Below, piece after piece: positions 42,241 to 54,690 of a DNA stretch of 64,000 nt (the first letter of the stretch is position 1; each line of letters begins with the position of its first letter). This DNA comes from Marsupella aquatica. Its lineage: Eukaryota > Plantae > Marchantiophyta. The translations under genes were made by a program, and so were the position numbers. The stretch covers positions 24,737,899 to 24,801,898 of the forward strand of contig OZ316891.1 in assembly GCA_973895155.1 (NCBI GenBank). Direction: 5' to 3'. The notes beneath the pieces were generated by a model. It was not told the DNA's origin. It was given only the letters and a program-made list of their open reading frames with translations, and made no database searches.

Positions 42241-45200
42241 ATGCCCGTCACTCGTTCTCAAGCAGCTTACTTGAGGAGATTGACCAGCGAACGAGAAAGT
42301 GCAAACACAACAAGCTCTGACTCGTCGGGCTCGGAGGACTCGCAATCGTCCCGACGTATGAACATACCCCTGGGATTTTCGGGGTCCGGTTCGACCGGCC
42401 CTGCTGCGGTTCCACCACCACCACCACCACCACCACCTATGGTAGCCGCTCCACCGGTGGCCCGCGCTGCTCAAGTGCCTCCACAAATATCGCAATGATC
42501 GCGATTTCATTATCGACCTTTCAAAGGGCGTCATGGGGATGATCCGGATGAATGGTTGGATGAGTTTGAAGCCACTGCTAAAGCTAATGGGGAAGACGCC
42601 ATTAAGCTAACCGTCCTCCCGGGAGTAATGCGGGGAGAAGCTCGTCCATGGTACAACTCGTTACCACCCGGGACTACCTGGGCACAATTCCAAGCTGCAT
42701 TGCTGCAGGAGTTTCGTGCCATTGGATCAGAATAGCGTTCTCTATTAAAGATTGGCCAGCTTCGCATGGGAAAAAAAGAGTCCCTGCGGAAGTTCATTCA
42801 GAAGTTTCAGAAACTTGCGGCCAAGATCCGGCCCAGGCCAGGAGACGCGCTCCAGCTTACATGGTTCCTTCATGGTTTGCCCACGAATATGCAATTGTGG
42901 GTACGCCAGAATAATCCAATTTCAATGCAGGCGGCCATAGCGTGCGCCGAATCTTACCGGGAGTCCACCTATAACTCCCGGCGGAGCCAGCGAGCACGCC
43001 GCAGGAAGGGTAAGTACGAAACCTTCAGTGACAGTGACTCCGAATCGGACGACGAGAGGAAGAAGAAACGGAAGAAGAAGAAGAAACATCGTTCGACCTC
43101 GTCCAACTCCGAGACGAAATCCAGTTCGGATTCAGCTTCAAGCATCGGATCCTCTACCTCCAGTTCATCAGGAAGTGACTTGGAGAGCGAAAGCCGGAGC
43201 AAAAAGAAGAAGAGACGAGTGAAGAAGGAGGGGAAGATTAAACCTCGGGCGCGAAGAATGATACCAGATCCAAAGGCTGCCGAAGCAGACAAGCTGAACG
43301 AAATCACGGATCGACTCAAAGCACTGTCAGTACATCTTGCGGAGAAGCCGGTGGAGAAGAAGAAACCATCTGAGATTCGAGCCCATGCGTGGTGTTCAAA
43401 GTGCTTCCAATCCGGCCATGTGGTGCAGGAATGCCCAAGGTGGAAGAACCGAGTTCACCAAGTAGAGCTGGATGATGTTGACAACCCGGGCCCCGAATCG
43501 GAGTCCACGGAGTATTTCTTTGAGGACCCTCCTGATTCCGTGTACCAGATTTCAACGGTTGGTCCGCGTAATTTAGCGGGTAGAACTGCGTACCCCTACC
43601 CAAGTAATGGCCGGAGTTTCCAGGTTATCAGTAACCCGAGCATCCCTCCTAAGCCAGGGATTTGGCGGTCCCCGGTTTGTTACAACTGTGAAAAGCCAGG
43701 ACACTTTGCGAGGGAATGCACCGAACCAAGACGTCAGGGAGATGGCCGAGGCACCCCACTATGTCAAGTTTGCAAAACGGAGGCTCATTCCACGGCCAAC
43801 TGTCCGTTGGTAATCGCTGCTTGAACGAGTGCGGCTAGACCGGCCCAGGCTGGACCAGTCACGAGCGATGCAGTCGTCCAAATGATTGCTGTAGAATGGC
43901 AAGATGACAACACCGAGTGGGTGAATCTGGTGGACGTGGCGGAACACCCTAATCCATTGGATGAGGCCGAGTGCTACCGAGTGTCGACAAGGGCCGAACG
44001 GAAGGAAGAAAAGACGGAGGAGAAACGGAGGAAAAAGCAAGATACTACTCCGGTGCAGCCAGCGATAAATATACCCCCGGAAAAGGATGATGACTACCGA
44101 CGGGACGACCCGAAGCTGTTTTTCCCCCGCATCGAAGAATTGGTAAAGAAACAGCTGGAGGCTTACGAAGCTCGGGAATACCAGAAGGCAATCGATAAGG
44201 ACATCAAAGCAGCCGAGACAGCCCGGTGTTAGGAGCAAGAAAAGCAAGATAAACAAGAGGAAGCCAAGCAGCAGCCAACGAAAGAAACAAAGGAGGACTA
44301 TGATATTAAGGAGGACGTGAAGAGTTGCCCGGTTACAGCGACGGTGGGGCAACTGCTGCAGAACAACCCACAGTACAGACGACAACTGAGGGAGTTGCTC
44401 ATGGGTCGCCGAAGGAGAAGACTACCCCGAGTTGGGAGTGCGGACTGCAACATGATATGCGAGGACCTTGGAGCGCCGGACATCTCGATCGAAATTAATA
44501 ACTATACCATCAAGATGGTTCTTGTAGACGGAGGAGCGGGAGTCAACATCATGACTGAAGAAACGTCAGTCAAGTTAGGATACCTCACGTATCAACCCAC
44601 GGCCCGAGCTATCAGATTAGCAAACGGGGCAAGGGTCCTCCCATTAGGCACGCTCACACGAGTGCTCACTCTGGTGGGAGGGGTAGAGTTCTATCTCAAC
44701 TTCTTAGTCATGAGGCCGGTTCGTCCCTCCTCTTATCCGGTTCTTCTGGGCAGGCCGTGGCTGTACGGTGGCCGTGTAGTCACGGATTGGGGAAAGAAGG
44801 AGCTACGGTTCGGGGAACCCACCGTACGGGTATCCTGGGCAATGGACGATTATCAGGGAGAAACCCCACAAGGACCCGAGGAATATGATTCGGAGACCTC
44901 GGAGGAAGAGGAACTCAATATGATCGAACTCATCTCGTCCCTATCCGAGGAAGATGTCTTCGGAGTTGAAGCAACCCAAGAAACACATCTCCTAAATTAC
45001 CCGAGGGCTGCCATTGAGTCCACCCCAAGTACATCTACTGTCGGGGATGAGGAAACGCACGAACAACTCGTCGAGACGGAGGACACGGCTCCAGCCAAGC
45101 AGGGAGCCGAGGCTACTCCTTCCATTTCAGAGCCTTGCAACCATGAACCAGCCCAACAACCGCCTGAGGCCGAAAACTCGAGACCGAGACATAAAAAGCG

Positions 45201-48200
45201 AGTCTCATGGGATCCGTCCATTCCGCAATTGGAGGAAGTAAACCTCATCCCGAGACCAATCCCGGTCCCACCCATGTACGGAGGGGTTCGGTTAGCTGAG
45301 CTTGACGCGAGCCTGGACCCAAGTCTGCAAAACCAGGTTGAAGTCATCAGGAAGGAGCACTACCGGAAGTACACTATTGGGATGGACAAATCTTTTAACC
45401 TGGGCCACGCTTTGACGGGGAAGGCTGAAAAAGCCATCCAAGCTTTGCTCAAGGAATATGAAGATGTGTTTGCATGGAGTCATCATGATTTAACAGGCGT
45501 CTCCCCCGAGTTGGGAGAACACACAATCGATCTGAACCTAGGAGCCCATGCGGTACGACAGCGACAACGTCGCATGAATCCGAGGTACTCCATCTTAGTG
45601 AAGGAGGAAATTGATCGTCTCCTCGCCGCCGATATCATTTACCCAGTAATGGCCAGCGACTGGGTCTCTCCCATTGTCATTGTACCAAAGAAGGGAGGTA
45701 CGGATGGAAAACCTAAGATTCGTATCTGTCAGGACTACCGTAAGCTGAATGACGCAACCCGAAAAGACCATTACCCATTACCATTCACGGACATGGTTCT
45801 AGATATGGTGGCCCGAAATGAAATCTATACATTTCTTGACGGGTATTCAGGTTATAACCAAATCTGGATTCGTCTCGCGGATCAGCTCAAAACAACTTTC
45901 ACTACGGAGTGGGGAACGTTCGCATTTCGGAGGATGCCTTTTGGTCTGTGTAACGCCCCGGCTATGTTTCAGCGCCTTATGATGAATATCTTCCACGATT
46001 TCCTACGGGAATTTTTGGAGATATTTATCGATGACTTTGCCATCTTCGGAACCGTTGCCATGCACCCCGAACACCTACGATGAACGTTGCAACGATGCCG
46101 AGATGTTAACCTCAAACTACATCCCGCCAAATGCTTCTTCGGGGTAGAGGAGGGGGTGTTACTCGGGCATCGTGTGTCCAAACGGGGCATTGAGGTGGAC
46201 CAAGAGAAAGTTGCGGCCTGGATGGCGGTGGTGTTCCCCTTGGATCAAAAAGCAGTACGATCCTTCTTGGGCTGCGTAGGGTATTACCGCCGGTTCATTA
46301 AAGACTTTGCTAAAATTGCGTTGCCCTTAACTGAGATGATGAAGAAGGACGCAGCGGTCGAGGAGACACCCCGGAGACGGATTGCTTTTGAGGAACTCCG
46401 TAAACGACTCACCACCGCGCCTATCATGGTCACCCCAGACTGGAATAAGGAGTTCCACGTGTATGTCGATGTGTCAGGGTTCTGTATCGGATCCGTACTT
46501 AGTCAGCTAGATGAGGATGGACGTGATCACCCCATCTATTTCGCTAGCCGTCAACTATTTGCAGCCGAAAAGAATTATTCCCCCACTGATCGAGAAGCTT
46601 TGGGAATAATCTACTCGTGTAAAAAGTTCCGACACTATCTGCTAGGCTACAAGGTCATTTTCCACACGGATCATGATAGCCTGAAGTACATGGTCAACAA
46701 AGCGGATGTGACAGGACGGATAGCCCGGTGGGTGCTACTTCTCCAGGAATTTAATTACGAAGTTCGGGTTCGGCCAGGAAGGGTACACCTCAATGCCGAT
46801 TTCTTTTCACGACTGGACGGCGTACCAGTCGATCAGCCAATTGATGATATTTTTCCGGATGAGGAGTTGTTCCACGTGGGGGAAGGGACACCAACGTGGT
46901 ACGGCTCAATAATCACCTTCCTTTTAACGGGCCGCATCCCTGACGGCATCAATCAGGAGGCCGCCGCTGTGTTTTTACGGAAAGCCGGGCCTTACGTCAT
47001 GATACAGGGACACCTACATAAGGAAGGTATTAACGGAAAGTTACGACGCTGCTTAGAGTATAAGGAGACACTTATCGTGATACGGGCCCTGCATGAAGAA
47101 GAAGCTGGAGGCCATTTCGCGGCAGTTACGACAGCCCGAAAGATTCTGGACTCGGGGTATTGGTGGCCTACGTTGCATCGGGATGTACAACGCTTCATTA
47201 AGGGCTGTGACTTGTGTCAGCGAGCGGGGGCCCCGAGGCGGGCTCATCATCACCCGCTCACATCTGTGCTTCCATTGGCACCATTCGAAAAATGGGGAAT
47301 TGATTATATCGGACCGTTCACTCCCGTTACCCGAAGGCGAAGGTGCAGGTACATCCTATTAGGTATTGATTACTCCACCAAATGGGTCGAAGCGCGGGCT
47401 ACGGTAAAGGACGACGCCGCAACCAGTGCCAGATTCTTATACGAACAGATTTTCACCCGATTCGGACCGCCCTTAGAATTGGTAAGCGACCGTGGAACCC
47501 ACTTCCTCAATGACACCGTAGCCCAGCTTACGGAGCGTTACCTAGTCAAGCACCGCAAGACTACCCCATATCATCCTAAAGCCAACGGGATGGCGGAGAG
47601 AGCAAATGGTATCATTGGGAAGATCCTCAACAAAACTGTAGCTGCGCACAAAACGGATTGGGATGATAAGTTGTACGCGGCGGTGTACTCGTATAATCTA
47701 GCTTACAAAACTACTACGAGTCATAGCCCGTACTTTCTGGTGTTCGGCCAACATTCGTTGGTGCCCGTCGAATTTGAAGTGCACACTCCATGGGTCAGCA
47801 TTCGGGATCGCTTACCTGAATCTGAAAGTTTGTCAGACCGAGATTATCAGATTGAAGCCTTGGAAGAAGCACGGCTACTGGCAGCTCGACACACCGTGAA
47901 GAAACAGGCAACTTCGAAGAAGCAGCACGACAAAGGACTACGGAGGGTCGACGTCGTGGCAGGCGATCTAGTCCTTTTGTACGATAGTAGGTACATGCAG
48001 TTTCCAGGGAAGCTGCATACCCGGTGGTTGGGGCCCTTCCTTGTCAATCAGATCTACCGAAACGGATCTTTGGAGCTTGCGACGTATGCCGGCGATTTAC
48101 TCCCCACGCGAATTAGCTACGATCGTGTAAAAAAGTACCACCATCAAGACGACGACGCCGATAGCGATGTTCGTGAGGACGCTTCACAATTAAGTAGGGA

Positions 48201-48237
48201 GCTATGTGACGCTGCCGGTACGGCGGTTAATGAGTGA
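42241..48237 (+). pseudogene. gag-pol: Element D single-frame gag-PR-RT-RH-INT with five nonsense codons (near 42496, 42733, 43822, 44230, 46081)
   Basis: All ORF pieces are in one frame; close paralog of B gag-pol; VLVDGGAG, FIDDF, WGIDYIGP; ends 33 nt into the 3' LTR. Confidence 0.92.
48190..48204 (+). other. PPT of element D
   Basis: TTAAGTAGGGAGCTA before TGTGAC. Confidence 0.85.
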
Positions 48238-50192
48238 TTCAGTCTAACTGCGCTCGGCATGCGCATTAGGTGGGTCTTAGGCCACTATTATTAGCATAAC
48301 GACAGTATTTAGGTAATCATTAGGGGTAGGACATCATTAGGCAATAAGGGGGACTTCAGGTTCGGGCTGGCGGCGGGTTGCTATTCGCACACCCGAGTTA
48401 CGAGCATGGAGGGGCCCCTCCATCGGGTCCGTATAACGAACTTAAGGAAGCGGCCACTGACGCACGCTGACTCAGACCGGCGGAGTGGCCGGTGCACCAC
48501 AAGCGTGAGCGGTTCAACCTATGGGCGTCGAGGAGACGTCGGGGATCGACAAGCCCTCAAAGTATAAAAAGGGAGCCAACCCTTTGTAGTGCACCAGTCC
48601 ATCAGTCCGCGCGCCAGCTTCGACCCCAGCTCTCTCGTTCTCTCTAGGTCGCCACTACTATCTCCTCTGAATGTCGCACACGATCCTCTCCAGCTCGGCC
48701 ATTCGATTCTGGATGCAGTTCCTATCTACCGGAAGGCACTTGGCCGATTCATTGAAACACGCCAACCCGCGCTGATACGAGATCGAATGCGAATACGAGA
48801 GAGCCATCCACCTAGCAGGACGACACCACTACGTCCTTAACTTTGACTACCCGTCTCAGAGCGAGCTTTACCGACCAGCTGAGGTATCTGGGTACTTCTT
48901 CAACGGAGACAAATATATCGGGTTCTGGGAAGCATTGCTTCGGCTTCCGGACGAGGTCTTCAATATCCCGGGTACAATCGACCTGCAGCGACATCACTTC
49001 GACCACATCCCTGCCCAGGTTCGGGCTGTCATTAACGGCGAGTCCAGTACCAACCGTTCGACAAGGGCGTCCGCACTCGCTTCGGAGAACTTCTACCAGC
49101 ACCTACAGAGCTTCATGGGAACTCGGCCATCAACCAACATGACCAACTCAGCCGGACCCGTACCCGTACCCGTACCCGTGCCCATGCAACCTCAGCTTCG
49201 GCTTCAGCCTCAGCCGCGGCCTAGCCAAACCCCACCACCTATCACCCAGCCAGCACAGGTACGCTCCGTCATCAACGCTGTGGATCTTAGCGATGACGAC
49301 GAGGCTACCCCACCCTTGACCAGGCGGCCCAGAGGAACAAGCGCTCGGGGGGCCGACACTATATCGTCCCCACCCCCTGCTCTGACCCCAGGAGCGGCCC
49401 CAGCAGACAACATGGTGACCGTGGCCGCCCCGGGCCCGTTACCAACCGCAGTGGCACTCCCCAGGCCCGATCGGGAGGATGGGGAAGTATCACCTTCCCC
49501 GAGTCAGTCACGGGGAAAGAAGAGGAAGGAATCCGCCAGTGCATCCGGGTTACCGTTGGCCACGGTAGCCGTAGCCAAGGTAACGATGCATCGCATGGGG
49601 GAAAACGTTCACAGCAACATCCTCCATCCCAAGCATGCAGTGTACCTGAAGACTCAGGGATTTGAGCACCTCGCCTCTCTCCCCTGGAACACTTGCAGGT
49701 ACTACGGGGAGGACATGACAGAATTCGTCAAGAATTATGACGACGTACGTCAACAGACTCGGCTGCGGGGAAGGAATATGTCCCTCACAGAAGAACGGCT
49801 CAAGATGATCTTCGGGTTACCCGAAGGTGACCATCGAGTCGAATCACGGGCTCCCGGGGGCAAGGGGGCCAAGTACCAATCTTCAAGTTTTCCCTTAGAG
49901 GGATCAGTGGACAACGGGTTCGTGATGAGGACCTGCCTCATGCCCGAGATAGCTGAGCGGCTGGAGTTCCAGAGGTACGCTCTCCACATGATGGAACCCC
50001 GGGGGGAGATCTCCGCCGCCCAGGTCATCCAGGTCGAGAACTATCGACCTAGGAAATGGGCGTCGTACTTCGCTAAGAAATTCCATGAAGAGATGGAGCG
50101 GCGAAGGAAGACGCTATACATTGGCGGGAAAGCGTATTTCGCTAGCCACATCGAAATCATTCTTGAGTGGTACGCCCGGTTTGATCGACGAA
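48205..50192 (+). repeat. Element D 3' LTR, left part (ORF copy has CGA>TGA near 48774 and is cut by E)
   Basis: Matches 38110-~40097; ends at TSD ACGAA (50188-50192). Confidence 0.95.
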
Positions 50193-51550
50193 TGTCGTAT
50201 AGTGCTAAGTATCAAAAGTGACTCTCCTCACCTAAAACCAGGGTTTCGATCCCTTTAAGAACAGATTTCAGAATGAATTGTATAACTTTTATCACTCCGA
50301 GTGATTTAGAGTCTTGAGCTCTATGTTGACTTCACTTCTCAATAAAAAAATCGAATAAACAAACAACAAAGTAACTGAACTTCTGATTTATGAATTAGAG
50401 AAGAAATGAGTAAGGATTTAGAGACTACAAGCTACTGCCACTCCTTCAGAAAGGATTTGGGCTCAGTATAGACATGAAATCTATCTCATAATTCATCCAT
50501 CTCACTCTTCAAAACACAAAGGTTAATGATAATGGAATTCTCAATCTGATGAAGCAGAAGCTTTCTGATTGCAAATGAATGATATGATTTAAAATGCCGT
50601 CAACATGGTTTGACATCAGCGATACGCAATTCAGTCAAACTCTAAACCATATTCCAGAATCAAAGCAACAGTACTAACTACTCTGAGAATCAGAATTTAC
50701 TTCTCATTTATCATTAACTATTCTTGAATTGGCTAGCGAATCCCGACTCTGCAAGCAAGCCTAGCAGTGAATTCAATACGAGTTTCAGAAATCTGCAACT
50801 GAATTCAATCACCACAGGAATCTCTTGAATTCAATCTTAACTTCAATCAATATAGCTTTACTTCCATACAAAACACTCACAGCATGCCTTGTTACAATGG
50901 AAGGAGGAGAAAACTATTCAGAAGACTCAATTCTGAATACAGTATTAACTCTATTTCTCTCTACTTCAAATGAGCATTCTACTCTGTCTTATAAGTGCTG
51001 GAATCCTAAAATGGAGGAGGTAAGAACAGTCGTGCCTTTCCAAGCTTAAAACTAAACAAGGGAGAAGCACAGCATAAGTACTTCAACAAGGGTGGTAGAA
51101 TACTACTTTACTAGTAATCTACTTCAAAAACTAAGTGTTGAGCGGACGCTGCTAGAAGCGTCTTAAGTAAAACCAACGGACGCTGCTCACACTGCTCACA
51201 GCGTCAATACTAGGGTGGACGCTGCTCACAGCGTCGTGTGTTGAAGCTGACGCTTTCCACAGCGTCGGTCGAAATCCTCATAGAGTCTTGGTGGCGGTCG
51301 GGCACTGCCAAAAGCGTCATGAGGAGGTTGGACGCTTCCGCAGCGTCTTGAGTAAAAGAAACGGGCGCTGGTCACAGCGTCGGGCAAAGTACACTAGGAA
51401 TCGTCAGGAAAGCCGGAGATGTCAAATATTTCTATAAGTGTCCAGAACAAGTAAATGTTGGCTGGAAGGTGTCTAAAGTGTAAGTAAATCTTGTGATATG
51501 CTAAAAATAAACAAGTTTCCAGAAAAAATTGCAGGGACACCCATACCACA
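50193..51550 (-). repeat. Element E 3' LTR (1358 bp)
   Basis: Direct repeat of 62319-63676, TG...CA. Confidence 0.97.
51145..51381. repeat. Array of 7 palindromic GACGCT-N5/6-AGCGTC motifs in the E LTR (U3 side); second copy at 63271-63507
   Basis: Copies at 51145, 51179, 51218, 51249, 51301, 51331 and 51364, some degenerate. Confidence 0.85.
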
Positions 51551-51565
51551 TAGCCCTCCACTTAA
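51551..51565 (-). other. PPT of element E
   Basis: Minus strand TTAAGTGGAGGGCTA directly before the 3' LTR TG. Confidence 0.85.
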
Positions 51566-51627
51566 ATTTCGCCGTGTCCCCACAAGACATGACCGAATTG
51601 AATCAGAAGCGAGTGACATGTTCTTCA

Positions 51628-52104
51628 TTAATAATATTCTGGCTTAATAATCCAAGTAGTGCTCAAAATCATTGACGGGAGTTGGGAGATATCCGAATCC
51701 AGAATATAAAAATCGAGGTCATGGAATTCTTCTCCGATCTGTATTGGGACTCCTTTAACTCTTCCCCAAAGATTAATGATTCGTCCATCGATTGATATCT
51801 GAGCAGATATCGGTTGTACTTCTTGATGAACAAATTGCTGGCACAGTCTGTGGGAGAGGAAATTAATTCGAGAGCCTGGATCAATAACAAAGTGTTGAAT
51901 AGCATGTCCTCCCAGTTTGATCTTGCCTTCAAAGGAATGTTGGAAAGCACGGGGTAAAGAATTCCAACAATCCATAGTAGCTTTGATGTCCCACATGAGC
52001 AGATAAATATCAATTCGAAGGAGAAAGAAGGAAACAATTGCAGGATGCTGCAAAAGTAACGGCTTATATACATATAAATGACAACACCGTTTGATATCTC
52101 TCAT
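51628..52104 (-). CDS. Second retropepsin-like (aspartic protease) ORF in the 3' region of E
   Basis: FVIDPGSRINFLS...GRVKGVPIQIG...LDFYIL...MILSTTWI retropepsin pattern. Confidence 0.65.
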   Translation of the reverse strand: MRDIKRCCHLYVYKPLLLQHPAIVSFFLLRIDIYLLMWDIKATMDCWNSLPRAFQHSFEGKIKLGGHAIQHFVIDPGSRINFLSHRLCQQFVHQEVQPISAQISIDGRIINLWGRVKGVPIQIGEEFHDLDFYILDSDISQLPSMILSTTWIIKPEYY

Positions 52105-52116
52105 AAATGGTGTCCT

Positions 52117-53472
52117 TCAAATCTGTGTCCTAGATAAAACACCTTGAATAATCACATCCGGATAAGAAGGAATAATAGGTAGGAACGCTAAACACCTAAG
52201 CGACTTGAACCCTTGGGAAGCCGGTAGCATACATTGTTTTGTAATCAACTGCTCCCTTAGCTTAACAAGCTTCTTCTCATATTTAATTGGAATAGCAAAC
52301 CCACCAGGACAAACCCAAACATAGTATGGATAGGGCCATGGAATTTCCGGCACAAGGGGCGGAAATGGAGCTTGAGCTCGTCGAAGCATATACACCCAAC
52401 ACCAAATTTCGAACTCCGAAAACTTATGTCGTCTGTCCTTATCAATGGGAGGAACCGCCTTCCCAGGTTCATATGTGCGAATCAAACTACGAATCCTCGG
52501 ATGGGATGTCATTGGCAAAATCTGCTGCTGCTGCAAAATGCTCTCCATCTCCAGATGTCGAAAAGCTACTCGAAAATGTTTCTTCTCCCACCTGTGAATT
52601 GAAGCCAAATTAGGGATAGGATTTCGGGGTGGCAAATCCACTGTATGCCGAAGTCGAGGAGGTACTCTGATAATGCGAGGGTCTTCGTCTTCTTCTCCAT
52701 CACTTGGTGCTCCTATCCAACGGAAAATTACATCTGGCATAGCGGAAGGAATCACTGACTCCTTAACTGGTCGAATTGGCAATGTAACAGGAGACGAAGG
52801 AGCAGAAGGTTCGGGCTCCAGTGGTTCAAATTCTTCTCTTGCAACAGTAGCTGGTTGATCTGCAATGGGATGCATTGGTACTAAAACAGGAAGTTCTTCT
52901 TTAAAATTATCGCTAGGTAAAGAGACTTCCTGGTTAGTTCGATCTGTCAAAAGTACAGGAAGGGGTAGCTCGTCTGTTCCGATAGGTGCTTCTCCCTGTT
53001 CAAAATCCTGGGAAGATGCTTCAGGAAAGATCTGTCGACTGATAGCATGGCGCAACCGTTTCCAAGATTTTCGAGTATACGTCACTGAAAACTCCTCCCG
53101 AATGTTTTTATCCTCGTTTGTAGCCAATGAAACTGGTGCTGAGCTGGTTGTCGAAGCGGGTGTCTCGGGTACCAATATGGGTACAGATATACCCATATTA
53201 CCAGATACCTGATTGCGACTCGGAAAACCAGCAGAGCCTCCTTCAATCAACTCATCTTCAGGAGAAACCCATTTTACAGGCGGAAATGAAGGAGCTCCTA
53301 TCGCGGCTATTGCCTCATCTAATTCCTTAGTTATATCCAAAGGAATCGATATGAGTGAACCAGGTGTAGACCAGGCAGGGTATCTTGCGACAGATTGGGG
53401 AGAAGTCACTGGTTCACCTACTTCGTCTATATCCACAATTGCATCCTCCGAATCAACTTTAACCAGCTTCAC
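52117..53472 (-). CDS. E accessory ORF, middle part (Pro/Ser/Glu-rich, unknown function); in frame with both neighbouring ORFs
   Basis: 451-aa ORF; frame is open from the TAG at 53563-5. Confidence 0.6.
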   Translation of the reverse strand: MKLVKVDSEDAIVDIDEVGEPVTSPQSVARYPAWSTPGSLISIPLDITKELDEAIAAIGAPSFPPVKWVSPEDELIEGGSAGFPSRNQVSGNMGISVPILVPETPASTTSSAPVSLATNEDKNIREEFSVTYTRKSWKRLRHAISRQIFPEASSQDFEQGEAPIGTDELPLPVLLTDRTNQEVSLPSDNFKEELPVLVPMHPIADQPATVAREEFEPLEPEPSAPSSPVTLPIRPVKESVIPSAMPDVIFRWIGAPSDGEEDEDPRIIRVPPRLRHTVDLPPRNPIPNLASIHRWEKKHFRVAFRHLEMESILQQQQILPMTSHPRIRSLIRTYEPGKAVPPIDKDRRHKFSEFEIWCWVYMLRRAQAPFPPLVPEIPWPYPYYVWVCPGGFAIPIKYEKKLVKLREQLITKQCMLPASQGFKSLRCLAFLPIIPSYPDVIIQGVLSRTQI

Positions 53473-53562
53473 AATTTCTGAGCTTAATATTTCTGACTCC
53501 TGGACCAGAGGGATTTCACCTATATTTGGGCTAGAACTAAGAGAGTCGGACGAATCATACTC

Positions 53563-54690
53563 CTATAAAGCCTGCAAAGCATCACTATTTGCCTCTATGG
53601 GAACCAAAACAGGGGTAGAAGTAAATCCATCATACTCGTCCTCAGCAGTAGAATGTTGAAGAGGTTCCCCTGAAAAACCTTCTTCATCCACCCTCACCTC
53701 ATCTTCAACATTCATCCGAGAAGCAGAATTATCCTGATCAACATCATAAATAGGCTCGGCAGCACAAGGTGAACACGAGAGTCGAGGTGACATAGAATGC
53801 TCCAACCCTGTTGGCATTGCTGAAGGAACATCTTCGGCAACTTGAGCCTCTCTTGGTTGGTGAAGAATCGGATCGTCACTCCCTTCAGCTGATGCTCTTG
53901 TCTCTTTCAATTTCCGAACTTCACCCACCAGTTCAGGTTCCTCACAGTCGAGTATTGCACATAGCTCTACCACTGTGGAATTGGCTCGGACTTCTCGTAC
54001 TTCAGGCATATAATTTGCTTCACCGGTAGATGCTCTCTGATTGTTGCGATAAAAATCTTTTTCCAAGACAAGCAGACAGTCATACTTATGGTAAATGTGA
54101 GCTAAATAAGGGGCCAAGTAGGTACACCTTATTTTCCCCGTTTTCAGCCTGCTACGAAAATTTTTGACCTGAGTATGAATTACTCGGTGCAAAACCTTCG
54201 TCCAATTGATAGACTGCGTCTGTTCTAATGAACAGATCACCGTTGCAGCGAACGAAAGAGTGATGCGCGTCTGGCTTTCTGGGTAGAAAATTGGTGCCAG
54301 AAATCGAAATAGACGCTGCAGAGAATTATCTAAGCAGTCCGCCGCTAGCCATCCATTCCGCCTCTTGAAAGATCCTGGAGCGAAGAAGGATTCTACATAA
54401 ACCCGAGGCTCACAATCAACCCTCTGTAAATCCTCGCCCTCCATCGGCGTCGAATAGACCTTCGCTATGAGCGCTTCAGTCCAAACACTGGGACGCGAGC
54501 GCACACCAATCCTTTCTTCAGCGTCCCAGACACCTTGATCGATAAGGCTGAATTCGCAAATCTTCCAAGGAAGTTGAAGCAGCTTCTTCAAGCCCATTTT
54601 TGCCAGAGCCGTCTTCAACTGCCGCCTATGCACTGCATTCGATGGAATGTCTGCGAGTATTGGTCGCGTCGTCAGCTCAGTCTCCGCCAT
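53563..54690 (-). CDS. E accessory ORF, N-terminal part; homolog of the A/B/D LTR-ORF domain, in the position of the Athila env-like ORF
   Basis: GLKKLLQLPW, TEALIAKVYSTP, NGWLAADC, INWTKVL and TYLAPYLAHIY align in order with the LTR ORF motifs. Confidence 0.72.
   Translation of the reverse strand: MAETELTTRPILADIPSNAVHRRQLKTALAKMGLKKLLQLPWKICEFSLIDQGVWDAEERIGVRSRPSVWTEALIAKVYSTPMEGEDLQRVDCEPRVYVESFFAPGSFKRRNGWLAADCLDNSLQRLFRFLAPIFYPESQTRITLSFAATVICSLEQTQSINWTKVLHRVIHTQVKNFRSRLKTGKIRCTYLAPYLAHIYHKYDCLLVLEKDFYRNNQRASTGEANYMPEVREVRANSTVVELCAILDCEEPELVGEVRKLKETRASAEGSDDPILHQPREAQVAEDVPSAMPTGLEHSMSPRLSCSPCAAEPIYDVDQDNSASRMNVEDEVRVDEEGFSGEPLQHSTAEDEYDGFTSTPVLVPIEANSDALQAL

Noticed and set aside
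50825-51049. 74-aa ORF in the E LTRs (also 62951..63175) and the 68-aa ORF at 61974..62180
   Set aside because: Short, no recognisable motif; the LTR one is antisense to the element and starts at TTG
51145-51381. CRISPR-like repeat-spacer appearance of the palindrome array
   Set aside because: Repeats are only ~18 bp and degenerate, spacers are irregular, there are no cas genes, and the array is inside a eukaryotic LTR
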